The notes beneath the pieces are model-generated. The model was given only the letters and a program-made list of their open reading frames with translations, made no database searches and was not told where the DNA came from. Made by a program: the position numbers and the translations under genes. This document shows positions 37,053-49,863 of a stretch of 64,000 bases of DNA, piece by piece. Every line of letters begins with the position of its first letter. Position 1 is the first letter of the stretch. This stretch comes from Lepidodermella squamata (lineage: Eukaryota; Animalia; Gastrotricha), in contig JBLDXI010000003.1 in the NCBI GenBank assembly GCA_047495785.1, positions 4,402,001-4,466,000 on the forward strand, given 5' to 3'.

Positions 37053-39576
37053 ATGGCTGGACAGCGAACCGCCGTCGCCAAGGCAACCGCAGATCCACCT
37101 GTTGACGATGGCAGTGATGCTCAGCATGCAGAGGCGAGAGGCCACTGGTCGAAAGGCATCGAGTTCTTCCTGAGCTGCGTTGGCTACGCTGTGGGAAGTA
37201 AGTGACCCCGCATTTCAATTTTGAATCAGATAAATATTTTAAACTGGACGCAGTCGGAAATATATGGCGCTTCCCTTATATGTGCATCAAGAATGGCGGT
37301 GGTGCTTTCCTAATTCCATTTTTCCTATTTCTATTCATCTGTGGAATGTAAGGATCTTTCGGAGTATGAAAATCGCTCTAATTTCGTTTCTTTTCAAGGC
37401 CCTTGTTTTTTCTTGAGCTCATATTAGGCCAATTTTCCAATCTCTCGCCAATCACCCTGTGGAACATCTGCCCGCTATTTCGTGGGATCGGGTTAGGAAT
37501 GGTCATAGTTTCTGGAATTGTCTGCATTTACTTCAACGTGATAATGGCTTGGTCACTCTACTACCTCTGCATGTCTGTGTGGCCGGTTTTGCCGTGGACG
37601 AGTTGCAATAATAGGTGGAACACTGACAAGTGCCAGGAAAGCTTCAGACCGCAAGCTGTCTTTTCTCCCAACAATTTCAGCAACGACTCATCGTTCGCTA
37701 ATTTTTCGAACATTACCAGCAACGTGACAGTGGTGATGAATGCAACTTACTCGCCCTCGGAGGAATTTTGGCGCAATTACATCTTGGGCCAAACCGACTC
37801 GCCGGACGACGTCGGCAACATCAACTGGCCGCTGCTCGCCTGTCTGTTCCTTGCTTGGGTCGGCGTTTTCTTGTGCATGTTCAAGGGCGTTCAAACGAGT
37901 GGCAAAGTTGTCTACGTCACAGCAGTCGCTCCATACATTTTCCTAGTCATTCTACTTATTCGCGGCGTGACCTTACCTGGTGCCGCAGATGGCTTAATTT
38001 TCTTTCTCAAGCCTGATTTTGCAAAACTGCTCAACTACCAAGTGTGGATTGACGCATGCTTGCAAATTTTCTTCTCCCTCGGACCAGCTTGGGGCGGTCT
38101 CATCACAATGGCATCGTTCAACAAATTCAATTACAATTGCTACCGGTAAATGCCTTAAATTCAATTTCAATTCGCAAATTTCTGGTATTTTTCATCGTAG
38201 AGATGCATTCTTAGTTAGCTTCATCGATGCAGGCACTTGCTTCGTTGGCGGGCTTGTTATTTTTTCGGTTTTGGGAAATATGGCCTACAACACTGGCGCA
38301 AAAGTCGAGCATTTCAATCGAGCTGGCCCTGGGCTGGCTTTCATCGTTTACCCTGCTGCGTTGAACCATTTACCATTTCCGCAACTATGGGCAGTGCTCT
38401 TCTTTTCTATGCTTCTTACCCTTGGAATTGATACTCAGGTATGAATAATTTCTTGTCTAAAAGTTTCCTAACATTTACTACTCCAGTTTGGCATGTTCGA
38501 GACTGTTGTCAGTGGCGTTTTAGATCAATTCAAAGGCTTGCACAAACACAAAACATTAGTCATTGCCTCCCTGGCCTTGCTCGAGTTTCTCCTTGGCATA
38601 CCTTTTGTAACCGGGGTGAGTTACTTCATCGATGCCTGAAGCTATCATCCCCAATTAAACTCTTTATCAGGCTGGCTACTACTACTTCCAAGTTGTTGAT
38701 CATTATGCCGCGGCTTTATCTGTAACTCTGATGGCGCTATTGGAATGCTTAGTTATAAGCTATCTCTATGGTAATCGAGTTTTGAACTTAGAAAACATCA
38801 ATTCAAGTTCATTTCATTTAGGACTGGATCGTCTATTCGACGACATGGAACTGATGTTTCAGAAGCGTCCAAGTTGGCTGTGGAAAGTTTTCTGGATGGC
38901 CATTACACCTTTTTTGCTATTCGTCAGTCTCCCTCGTTAAATTGATTCAAATTTAAAGCTGTCCATTTTACAGGTGATTGTTATTAGCGGCATGGCGCAG
39001 CTATCGGAGCCAACTTACTCAGTGATTGTTGAAAGCATCGTTCCCACTGATCCGCCGAATTTGATCGTAAACACAGGTGGGGTAATTATGCCGACGAATG
39101 TGACTTATCCGACGTACGTTCAACGCGATAACCTGCCCTATCCTCGCTGGTTGATTGTTCTTGGGTGGATCTGTGCCATGTCGTCACTGCTAGTCATACC
39201 CTTGCTCGCCATTATCGGGGTTGCTCGAACTAAGGGCAGGACACTCCGAGACAGACTCATCATTCTAACACGCCCAACTCCGTTGTGGTGCCCATCACCT
39301 CCTGAGCTGAAAGCTGCATATATCGAAAAGTACCGTGAGCATAATCACTCATTCGAATTGGCCGCAGCGAATAGGAGAGCGAATGATGCAAATGATGGAG
39401 CTATGGATGGTGAGCAGCTTCTTACCTCAAGAAGCGCAAAAAAGCTGCCTCCGCCATCCTACGATGTTGTTTCTGACGCAAACATATCTTCTAGGCCAGT
39501 TACACCGACACCGGCTGCCATAATCTTATCGGGGGAGCAAACCTTGGACGATCCCAAGTCCACAATTTACGTTTAA
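37053..39576 (+). CDS. SLC6 Na+/Cl- dependent amino-acid transporter (glycine/proline-like)
   Basis: [29 protein letters not shown] (Gly, not the monoamine Asp, in TM1); TSGKVVY; [29 protein letters not shown]; [10 protein letters not shown]; seven short GT-AG introns join in frame. Confidence 0.93.
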
Positions 39577-40121
39577 AATGTAGACTTGTCAGCATTCTCA
39601 TCCGAAGTCCGCAGTCGTTATAAGTTTATTTTCTGAAGGAGAACGCAGCGGAAATTTTCATTTGTGAACAGTGAACGATATTTTTTATTGTCGAACTATT
39701 ATTTAGCGTCGAGTCAAAATTTGCGACTTGGAAACCGGTTACAGATGATGTCGTCGACTATGTTGTTGCGTTCCAACTTTGAGCTACAGAAATGTATATT
39801 TTATTTTTGCAAGCACCAGTTGACATGTCTTTGTATCCTGACTGAATTTGCGGTTACAATGATTGTCGTAAATTATTCAATTAATATATTTGGCTATGTC
39901 ATTTCATGTGTCTTTACCAGCAATGAGAAAATAAATAACGCGCACCCATAAAATTGGCTCTAATACGTGTTTCGGGAGAGAAAAACGCGCAGAATGGGCT
40001 AAATTTGTAGCCCTGTAGGATAGCTCTCGCCCCTTGAACCATTGCTTTACCGCAATAAACCTTTCATTTGACCTTCGTTAAACCCATCCTGCATTAAATT
40101 TGGATGTGCCAAGTGCGCACC

Positions 40122-40520
40122 CCAAATTTAAGGTTCCAGCACTAGATATCCTTAAATATGCTTTTTCGAGTTTCATGTCTTCTCTGAAATCTGAATTTTT
40201 TTGTTATCACGCCTAACTGATAGATCCTCATATTACGCGTACTTTGCGCTATGATCGGTCAGTTTATGAGTTATACTTCAGCCTGCAGAGCCGATATCGA
40301 TTCCAAGTATCGATTTTACAAATCAGTGATTTTTCCGATATCAGCTGTTGTGAAACCCAACATCGATAATTTTCCTACGTAGCTTAGCGCGCCAGGTAGC
40401 TAAATTAAAAAATCCTCGGTTCAGTAAGGGCATTCGTATCGGTCAAAAAACGAAAACGCCGAAATCTTGAAGAATATGAAAAATTTAGTGCCAGGACCCT
40501 TAAATTTGGTGCTGGAACCT
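40122..40520. mobile_element. Possible degenerate inverted-repeat element (MITE-like), ~400 bp
   Basis: CCAAATTTAAGGTTCCAGCACTA (~40122-40144) is nearly complementary to TAGTGCCAGGACCCTTAAATTTGG (~40487-40510); AGGTTCCAGCAC/GTGCTGGAACCT is a perfect 12-bp match. No clear TSD. Confidence 0.45.
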
Positions 40521-41069
40521 CATGTTTAGTGGTGCAAATATTTGAACTCATTCATTTTGTGTTACTAATGGAAGAGGCTCTATAGCCAGAGGGGAAATAC
40601 AAAAACACCGAATGACTTCGACCATCTATGGGAGTTTGCTTATTCCTCGCGGAATATATATTCCTATATGAAGAGGAGCTCATGATTCTGATCACTGGGA
40701 CGAAAATGGCTACGAGAGCTCATCAGATCTTTAGCACTAGCGATGATCATCAGCCCGTGCAATCAAGCGCCCCGATGAAATAGTCGGATTTTCAAACTTC
40801 TCGCTTTTTATCCCGAAAACAGTATTAATGGCTTTGATTTATTTCTGAGCGAAGATAGAGCGACAATCTAATGCGACGAGCTTGTGCATAGGATGCATTT
40901 TCACGCAACCGTACAGACGCCGAATTGTCAAGAAATAGCTTTTAATTAGGCTGCGGATGGTAATATTGATTTGGATGATTGGACCGGTCTGGAGACGACA
41001 ATGCCATCCGGGTGGAATGACCCATTCAGTGCATTTGCTAATAATGTAGCGCATATTATATTAAGACCA

Positions 41070-41549
41070 TTCCCGTGGAAATAATTTATCATGATTTCCG
41101 AGGAAATTACGAAAAATATACGCCTTCAACTTGAAATACTGGTTCTTATGTTGATTATTCCGTATTAAAGCAAATATTCTCTTGAATCCGGTGCGGTTGA
41201 TATATATATATTTCTATGAAAGTTCTTATCATTTCCATGGATAAATCTAATAAACCTTACAGATGCTGTTGCTCCTACCGTTTAACTGAATATATGATAG
41301 GTATATGATTACAAGAAAGTTGCTCACTATTAGAGTGGAAAATGCAAAATTTCCAGGAATTTTCCAAGGAAATATTGTTATCTCTACTCAAGGGTCCACA
41401 TATATATAGTATTTGCAACGTTTTTTCTTATCTCGTGTCGCAATTCTCCACGTAATAACTCACTGACTTTATCAGGAATCAATAGGGTTATCCAGAATTC
41501 TGTGAACAATCCTACGATTCACTAGTATAGGCGTTCCCGGATATAAATA
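41070..41549 (+). promoter_or_regulatory. Promoter of STAT-like gene with clustered GAS (TTCN3-4GAA) sites, kB-like site and TATA box
   Basis: N3 sites at 41212, 41351, 41498; N4 sites at 41096, 41177, 41362; N5 site at 41070; GGAATTTTCC at 41356-41365; TATAAATA at 41542. Confidence 0.65.
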
Positions 41550-41577
41550 GTGGGCTGCACTAGTGAAAAGTGTAAAA

Positions 41578-44309
41578 ATGCCTCTATCCAAGCTACAGTT
41601 GCAGAGATTGGCAAATACTTCGGAAGCTGATAGCTTCAAGGAAATCTACCCGGAGAGGAAAGACTTTCAATTGCGTCAACTTTTAAGTGATTGGATTGCC
41701 CTAATATACGATGTCTGGTTCTGTTGGAATTCAGAAGCTTCTGCGTGTCGAGATCAAGAAAACTCGACCCAGCTTGTCACGTCTGCAATCGATTTCATCG
41801 AAAGTCATTACACCAATGCGAATGAAGGCTCCATGGAAGAATTAAAGGTATTTCTTTAAATATGGGGTTGACGCATATCATTTAATGGTTAACGGTTTTT
41901 AGTCAACTGCCTCTTGCCCCGTCAAAGCATTCCGATTTTTATCTGAGCTAAAGCGTCGTTTGTTCCTCGAAAGCAAGCTATATCATGAATTGTTTCTGGA
42001 GCGGGGAATAGCCGTGCTTGGCGAAGCAACAGGGCGTTCACTTGGTTATGGTGGCGACATTGACGAAGCAACTGAGAAGTTTGTCCAAGCGGCAGACATC
42101 ATTTGCCTTACGCTAAGCTCAGATGCTATGTTTGCGATGGACTACTCGCAAATTGAGAATTCATTTGATGTTTGCATCAGCAATTTGCTGGGCTGCGTCA
42201 ACAGTTTGTTTTGGTATTCCGAGTTGTTTCGGCATCAAATGAGTAGGTCTATTTTCGGCGAACCAATGACTGCAGATCTCGATCACTTGCAATGGGCTTA
42301 TGACACGGCCAGTAAGTCGCTGAATGATATGATCCACATAATGGAATCTGCCACTCAAAAGCTGCATGGTCACTTGGCATTTCTTTGGCCAAAACTGCAA
42401 ATGTCAATCGAAAAGTGTTCGTACTTTATAGGAAACTTCTTCCTTCAGCATTGTCTAGTTTTGGAAAGCGAAGTTCCATTGATTCAAAGAACGGAACGAG
42501 AATTTCGCAGCCCTCCAATTCTCAGAATGCTATGTCCAAGTATAATATTTCATGGAAACTTGTACGATGAGAAGTTGTACGAGAAGCGCGTTTTCAATCC
42601 GTTCATATACGACGAGGATTCAAGAAACATTGCAACTAGTACCAATGAGAGCAATGAAGATTCGGACATCTCTGAAATTCAAATGTTTTCGTCAAATGAC
42701 ATATGGATAGCAGCGAAGAAGCTCGAGGTCCGCGTTCGAGTCTATTCACTTTCGGGTTCTGCAGACTATGCCGCTTTCGTCAACTCGGGTGAACCAGCTA
42801 GTTTAATGTATTGCCCCACCAGACGGCTGTGCTATGCTGGAATTGAAGCCATTCGCCTTATTGAAACGCGGCCCGGTATGAAAAAAACTACAAAGCGGAG
42901 AGCCGCTGAGCGAACGTTGACCGAACAAAGCCCACATTTGATTGCACTTGGCTTCAAGTGTGATTTCAGCTTTTCTGCCCATATTCGTTGCGCCGATGAA
43001 GGTTCGATGTTCTGCAAAAGCATATCTGCGCCTTTCGAATTGTCACCGATGAAAAATCGCAAGAAATCAACTGGATCTTTGTTGGTATTTTGGAACCGCT
43101 ACTTCAACCAAATATTGCCGTCTATTGAAAGAAAGTCAACTTTGGCTTGCAATGACGTTGATGACCTTTTCAGCATCTCTTGGGCGAATGTCAAGTTGCA
43201 TTTAAACTCTCAAGACCTTATGCTGGATTACGATAATGAATGCCTTGTTCATGAAATTGCGACTGCTCTTTTCGGCAATGACATTCAAGAATGCCTCCCT
43301 AGCGAACACCATAATTCGGAAGGTCTTTGCGAGTGCTTCGATCGTGAAATGCTTTCCTGGGAGAGATTATCTTCTGTGGCGGCTGTGCTGAGATCAAGCC
43401 AGCAAACTAGTAGTTTGAATCTCCGAATCGTTGAACGGATTTTAAATGGCTATTTCGAAATTAAGGTAAGATTAGGCATAACAATTTTAATAATAAACTT
43501 GACGATTTCTTCCATCTGGCAGAATTGTCAATCTATACCTGAACAAGCTTGTTGGTCGCACGTGAAGCGTATACTGAACGCTATTTGGAAATCTCATCTC
43601 GGATCTGATTTGAAGCCTGAAAACATCCACCATCTATCTGAACGGTTATTCGCTCCAGCTCCGGCCCAACCGTGCGCATTTGCGACAGCCGATCACGAAC
43701 AAGGACTCTCATTTGACAGCTGTAAATGCTTCGACGACAGCATGGTCTCTTTGCAAAAGTTGATAGATGGTGACTTATTTTTCAAACCTGGGAAACAATC
43801 AGGCGGCTTCAGCTTCTGGGAGTGGTTTTCGCAAGGCTTGTCTTTGATAGACAGTGCATGGCTTCGAAATTATTGGCCAGATGCGATTGCGGGCTTTGTT
43901 TCGCATGAGTATTGTCTTTCTGCTTTACGTCGCGAGAAAGCGGGAATGGTAATTTTTTGCCTATTCATCACATTTTTTTTAATTATTCATGTCCATCAGT
44001 TTCTCATCCGTTTAAGTCAATCTGATGCTGGAACAATTGTTATACCGTATGTTTAGCTTTTTTCTTGTTGAGATTGCCTTCATATAAGTTGTTTACCACA
44101 GGCATACAGTCATAGACCGATTTGGTAGGATACGAGTTGAAAGTTACAAGGATTCTAGGTGGCTAAGGCCGACCATGTCTCGCACGTTCGGACAGGCGAT
44201 CATGTCGCTGCAACCTTTACAGGTTTTATGGTCCACTCGCCAATCAATATGCGACCTTGTATTGGATAAGGAACGTCCTCGAAACTTTTACTTTAGCACT
44301 GGCGGCTGA
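41578..44309 (+). CDS. Highly divergent STAT5/6-like protein (N-domain, DBD-like, duplicated linker, SH2; no pY tail)
   Basis: N-domain IYPERKDFQLRQLLSDWI; DBD-like LMYCPTRRLCYAGIEAIRL..KRRAAERTLTEQ..ISAPF..VFWNRYF; linker/SH2 FSFWEWF..LRNYWPDAIAGFVSH..GM|FLIRLSQSDAG. Introns 41849-41902, 43466-43522, 43949-43999, ~44048-44101; ends RPRNFYFSTGG*. Confidence 0.85.
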
Positions 44310-46676
44310 AATTAATTGAATAAAATAATATACGATAGGCACCGACAGATTGCTGATTCCACAGATATATTTTTGGTTTTTTATTTCGGGACGCGATGCA
44401 AAAAATAGAGGAGAAAGCGTGATTATTTTATAATGGCGATGGCGATATTATCAGCAGTTTGGCATCCGGTGATGAAGATGCCTTGACGTTTAATGCAGCC
44501 CACTCGGCTGAATAGTCTCAGATGTCGGAAGTCATTTTATCTGGGAGAAAATTTTCATCGCAAGCGCTGACATATTTTGTTGTCAATCTAGATTGTTTAA
44601 TAAGAAATGTATTAAAAAATCGTGTAATTAGTAGTTTTTGGTAGGTTCGCGCGTTGTAACAGGGAAGTTTGGATGTAGTAACAGGGAAGATTGAATAAAT
44701 TGCGGCTATTAATAGCCTGATGTCGACGACGTGCGTCGTCATAAGAAATAGTGGTCTCCGATATAGAATCATCAGAAATAGAAACCAGGAATCTGGTCTC
44801 CGAGCAGGTAGGACTAAGAAAGACACCAGCAACGGATATGAAATGATGAAATGAAATGATTTTATTGTTTTACTTCCCCGCGACTGAGCGTCTATACCCT
44901 TTCGGGTTTTGAGGAAGGCAAAGGCTAAGCAAACCAAAAGAATCAGTCACCCGCCCCCACGTCCGAGAGTATCTTGCTTTTGTTGTAAAATTCAAAATTT
45001 TCCAAAGTCTCGACAATTTTACGCCATTCGTCTCGATCTAGTGCAGTTGTTTCGGTCAACAGTTATTTCGATAATTTCGGTTATATTGCTACCATCTTTA
45101 CGAGGTCTGCCACGGGACCCGTCAGTTTTTTCCTTATGATATTTTCGGTTGTAAGACCCACTCTTCTCAGACTTCTTTCTACCGAATCTAGCCACCTAGT
45201 TCGAGGTCTCAACGCAACGGATATGGAAATGAAAATATGTTGATTCTTCAAGCTCAGACAAATAGTCAGGGCAGGTTCCAGAGACTTGTAGTCGAGATTC
45301 AATATTTCAGCAAAACAGCGTCAAAGGTCTACGAGCCTAAATATTGGAACACTCCTTATTAGCCGGTGGGTAAGCCTGCAAAAGATCTTACTCACATTGA
45401 AGCCCGGCTACAATACTGCGGAGCTAGAATTTATGGCCCAGCCATAGGTTTAGCCTCAGCCATTTCAATTTCTCAAATTGTCCTTTACACGAAATCGGCA
45501 ATTTTCGCCCTATCCTTCGCAGCTGGCAGTGTTTCAGCTGTGATCGCTGAGTCAGACGTGCAGACGCCTTGCATTGACAAGGCCTTAGTGGCATTTTGCG
45601 AACTTATCTATTCGGCTATGATTGCCCTATTTCTGTTGTTCCCTACCAAACATCAAGGCAGTAACTAAAAGTGTAGAAAAAGTTGCAGTGTCAAACCAGA
45701 TCTGATGGAAATGAAGGAATTTGAATTTGACTCAGGAACTATGGTAAGTTTGTGCTGGAAGTGTGGGCCCTGGGCAAATTGGACAGTTGGTTGTTAGGTT
45801 GTTGATTTAACGTTTTTGAACTTTTCAAACTCGGTTGCCATTGGTTCAGGTTTAGCGGTTCAAGCTGAACCTGCAGCGTGCATGGCAGCGTGCTGTTGAT
45901 GTTCACATTCCTTATCTTCGTGAATTGAAAAGCCCAAACTCATCCGGTCATGTTATATAGCAATGTTTTGACAAATGCAAGCTCAAGATCAAGCTGTTGA
46001 TATTCATATGAAAAACACAATATTAAGGACAAATAAAAAAGATGATTTTCGTTTCGTTCGTTCAGAAGTGGGTTAGGGTTTTTGAGGAAAAAGAGCTACG
46101 ATCTTACCGATCCTTCGGTTGTGTCAAGCCAGCTAGAAAAGCTAGAAAAGCTAGCCAGCCTTCCTAGATGTTCACGCCAAGATGCGCGCTATCTATCGAT
46201 TGACATGCATCAAGAAATTGCTGTGAGCGAATTTTCGAGCGAAATGCAAGGTTTCGGCCGCTCCTAGTTGCCCCTGAGCCTGAGATGCGCTTCAGTTGGA
46301 ACTTGAAAAGTAGGTTCGTTTTTTCATGTATGCTAACTAGTGAACTACTCAATCCTAACACCTAAGAATCAGGTCGATTAACGCTTTGTTTGCGTTCTTC
46401 TTCGCTTCTTCGCTTCTTTGCTACGAGATGCCTCGGCTAAGCAGTATTTGTTAAAAGCGCTGCATCATTGTATTATGACGGAAAATTAGGTAGTAATGAT
46501 TATTTGATAATAAAATTAATGACTTTTTCGGCCTTGATCGCACATGACCGCGTGTGTCCGCGCGCGCGCATTATCTGCACCATAACGGATTTTGAATTGA
46601 ATGTCCCGGCTGCGGTCAGTCCCTGATTCTTAATCGCAGATTCTGCCTTGAGCTGGCCAACAGCTTATTTTACTAA

Positions 46677-49589
46677 ATGGCGGAAGACAAAGCTTCCCAT
46701 TATTTCGGCGACGATGATGAGCGCTCTTCGAGTCCCGAAGGAGATGGAGCTCGCATGAATTCCGACTGTCCGGAAGATCCGATGGATTTGCTTATGCAGA
46801 CTGAATTTCGTTCGTTGGGGCCCAGCAACGCTACCGCGCGATTTTCTGAAGTTGGCAGTGATTCTTCGGATCTTGAATGGGAGGACCTTCAACATGGTGA
46901 GATAGTTACTAATAGATATTATTATGTTTTATAGGCTCTTATATCATTTCTCTTGTCTCAATCTCAATCTCTATCTCAATTCACACTAGGAGCTTATTTA
47001 ATTGATAAGTACTTTATTTTCAAGTCCAGTTTTGAATTCAAGTTAGGTATGCGACGACGATTTACAGTATTTTCTGAGATATTAATTCTCGGGCTTGTGT
47101 AAAAGCTTAGGAAATGACTAAAACATAGGCGCAATCAGGCTTCTATTTGTGACAGGGCTAACATTATGTAACAAGAAATTTATTTTGCGCTATTATCTTC
47201 GGCAACACGGTATATCAGCGTGGCTAAAGTTACGAATTCGTCTCGGAAAATAATATTATCAAATTATTTACGAACAGCTATCTTGAAATTTATAAACGTC
47301 TATGGAGTGTCGACTGTCTTAAATCCGATTAAATGATATTCTTAGGTCGTAGATATTCACAATTAACTGAGATGAAAATGAATCCTGATGTCTTGAATCG
47401 TCACCCGCCCCGATTTTACTTTGATTCCCATATATTAGTAAAGCCTTCTAAGTAATGAACACTTCGCTGATTACAGGAGGTCAATTGTCGCAGCCGCCCC
47501 GCCAAATTACTGTGACATTCAACCCGTCGAAACGTCCTGCTGAACAGCAATACGAAGAGCGGATACAACGTGAAATTGGTCTCATGTGGAAAAGGTTGAT
47601 AAAAATGCAGCGGATTCATTTAATGAAGGTCAGTTGACGAATTAATTGCTTTCTTTTGATTTCTAAATCCATTATAAATTACAAGGTATATTCCTTATGC
47701 TTTTTGGGTCACGGATTGATGCTTAGTAACACTTGTGATATCGAAGAAAGTAAAGGCTTTGCATTATCCTGTTTGCCGGCGGACTTGGATTCATTTGTTG
47801 CCGATGATCATTCGAGAAAACGTCGGAAGGTTATCAATATATCGAAGATTGAAACAGTTTTGTGCTGGTACCGTTCGAATTTTTCATACTCATCCGATCG
47901 CGTCTCGTCTGCAGCTAAAATAGACTATTCTCGAAGGACAGCTGATGGTCGTTTGTCTTATTTATTGGTAAGCACAATTGTTCAGGAAACGGCTTTCGAT
48001 TGAATATTTGATTATAGGCTTTGGCAACAATATTTCGCGCGTTACGACTTCGTTCCAGAATCCTGTTGAATTTGTGGCCGAGCTTATTGAAACTGCGCAA
48101 CTTAACAAATTCTGAGAGCAAGGGTGAGGGAAAGCCAGGTACATCCCTTGAAAAGTCCAACAAATTTCCAGCAGGTGATAGAAGCAAGGGGCTGCGAAAA
48201 TCGCGAGCAAAGGTTGGCGTGGGGGATGTCGCAGATGAATCAGTAAATACTAGAATCATACCGTTCGGATTAGATGGCTCCAATTCCCTTTACGCCTGGT
48301 TGGAAGTATTTGATCCTGCTCATCAAAAATGGGTCCCCGTTCATCCATTCACGCTGGAAGCGTGCTCAGTGAACGATATCGAATCTATGCTAACGTTTTC
48401 ACTGGAAAAATCAAATGTTTCGGTTATACCAGCTTACATTGTCGCATTCGATGAAGACAGCAGAGCTATCGATGTTACAGCGAAATATGCCTCCGCTACA
48501 CTTCATACCGCAACTCGGAAAGAACGAGGATCAGTGGAACAGGAGAACTGGTGGAAACAGGCAAGTTGACGAGACCTTGGCTACAATTAATTCGCATGTA
48601 TAAAATGCTGTTCGGTTTTCCATTTGGAAATAACTGTTATAGCAGATCAACATGCTACATTTTAGGCATAACCTCTTTACAGCCATTTACTTTCAATCTG
48701 TATCTGGAATTCAGCGGTTTATCTAACATTTATTTTGGATTTAGACCCTGGCAAAATTACGACCGGTTGGAGATATTTACGCAGTTGAAGAAGCCGAATT
48801 GTCAAAGTCGGCCTCAGCCGAAAAGCATCCCGTCCCGACTACAATATCATCTCTCAAGTCCCATCCACTTTACGTTTTAGCTCGCGATATTCACAAGTAT
48901 GAGGCGATTTACCCGCCTGAAACAAAACCCATTGCCCAAGTTCGTGGAGAACCGGTTTTCGACAGGTCCTGCGTACGTGGATTACACACTCGCGAGAAAT
49001 GGATGTTGGAAGGAAGGAAAATTCGGGAAAATGAACAGCCATACAAAACTGTAACTGGTCATAGAAAGCCAGTAAAAGGTGGCGACGGCGAGCGCCAGCC
49101 TCCCAAAATGGTTGGGTTATTTGGTGAGTGGCAAACCGAAGTTTATAAAGCGCCTGCTCTCATCGACGGGAAAATTCCTCGCAATGCGTATGGCAATATT
49201 GAGTTATTCAAACCATGGATGTTACCGCCTGATTGTTGCCATCTGACTCAACGTGGGATTCAGGCAACCGCAAAGCGACTCGGTATTGATTTCGTGCCTG
49301 CGATGGTGGGCTGGGATTTTCATGGAGGCACAAACCACGCTGTGTAAGCACTCAATATGTTCGAATGTTTTGTTATCTGAACCCTCTATAATTTAGGCTC
49401 GATGGAATTGTTGTCACGGAAGATGTACGAGACGTACTAGAGTGCGCTTGGAGACAAGAGAAGATGATTGCGGTCGAAGAAAATATTCAAGAGAAAAGTG
49501 ATCGCGCCGTGGGCAATTGGAAGCGTCTAGTCAAGGCAATTCTTCTGAGAGAGAGACTAAAAGACAAATATCTTGCAAAATGTGATTAA
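46677..49589 (+). CDS. XPC: DNA repair protein XPC/Rad4
   Basis: SDLEWED N-terminal motif, WLEVF..KWVPVHP, IDVTAKYA, HPLYVLARDIHKYEAIYP, LFGEWQTEVY, GKIPRNAYGNIELF, GWDFHGG..LDGIVV, GNWKRLVKAILLRERLK; spliced, includes GC-AG intron 48561-48744. Confidence 0.95.
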
Positions 49590-49863
49590 GTATTTTTGAT
49601 TTTTCTACCCTCAGCTGACAGTGATTTTGAATAAACTCAACAAGCATTTTTACATGTTTCTCATTTTATTGATCCAACCGTCAAGACATAATATTTAGCT
49701 GACAAATTACTTCGCGCGGCACTAGCGTGAATTCAAAAATATGACTGCACAAATTTCACAGAATATTTTTCCAATCAATCACGGGTATAACAGCTGATAT
49801 CAATGGAGGAAGAAGGTAATCTATTTTCACAATTTACTACAATACAGCCATAAAATAAGACGT

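Noticed and set aside
43949-43999. Hydrophobic stretch VIFCLFITFFLII inside the STAT SH2 suggesting a membrane-anchored STAT
   Set aside because: It is a 51-nt GT-AG intron read through in frame; removal restores GM|FLIRLS.
29384-43999. Four 3n stop-free introns (29384, 34624, 43466, 43949) as regulated retention
   Set aside because: Too few to distinguish from chance without genome-wide counts.
44500-46400. Gene-free stretch with short ORFs, possible transposon relic
   Set aside because: No recognisable domain, TIR or LTR.
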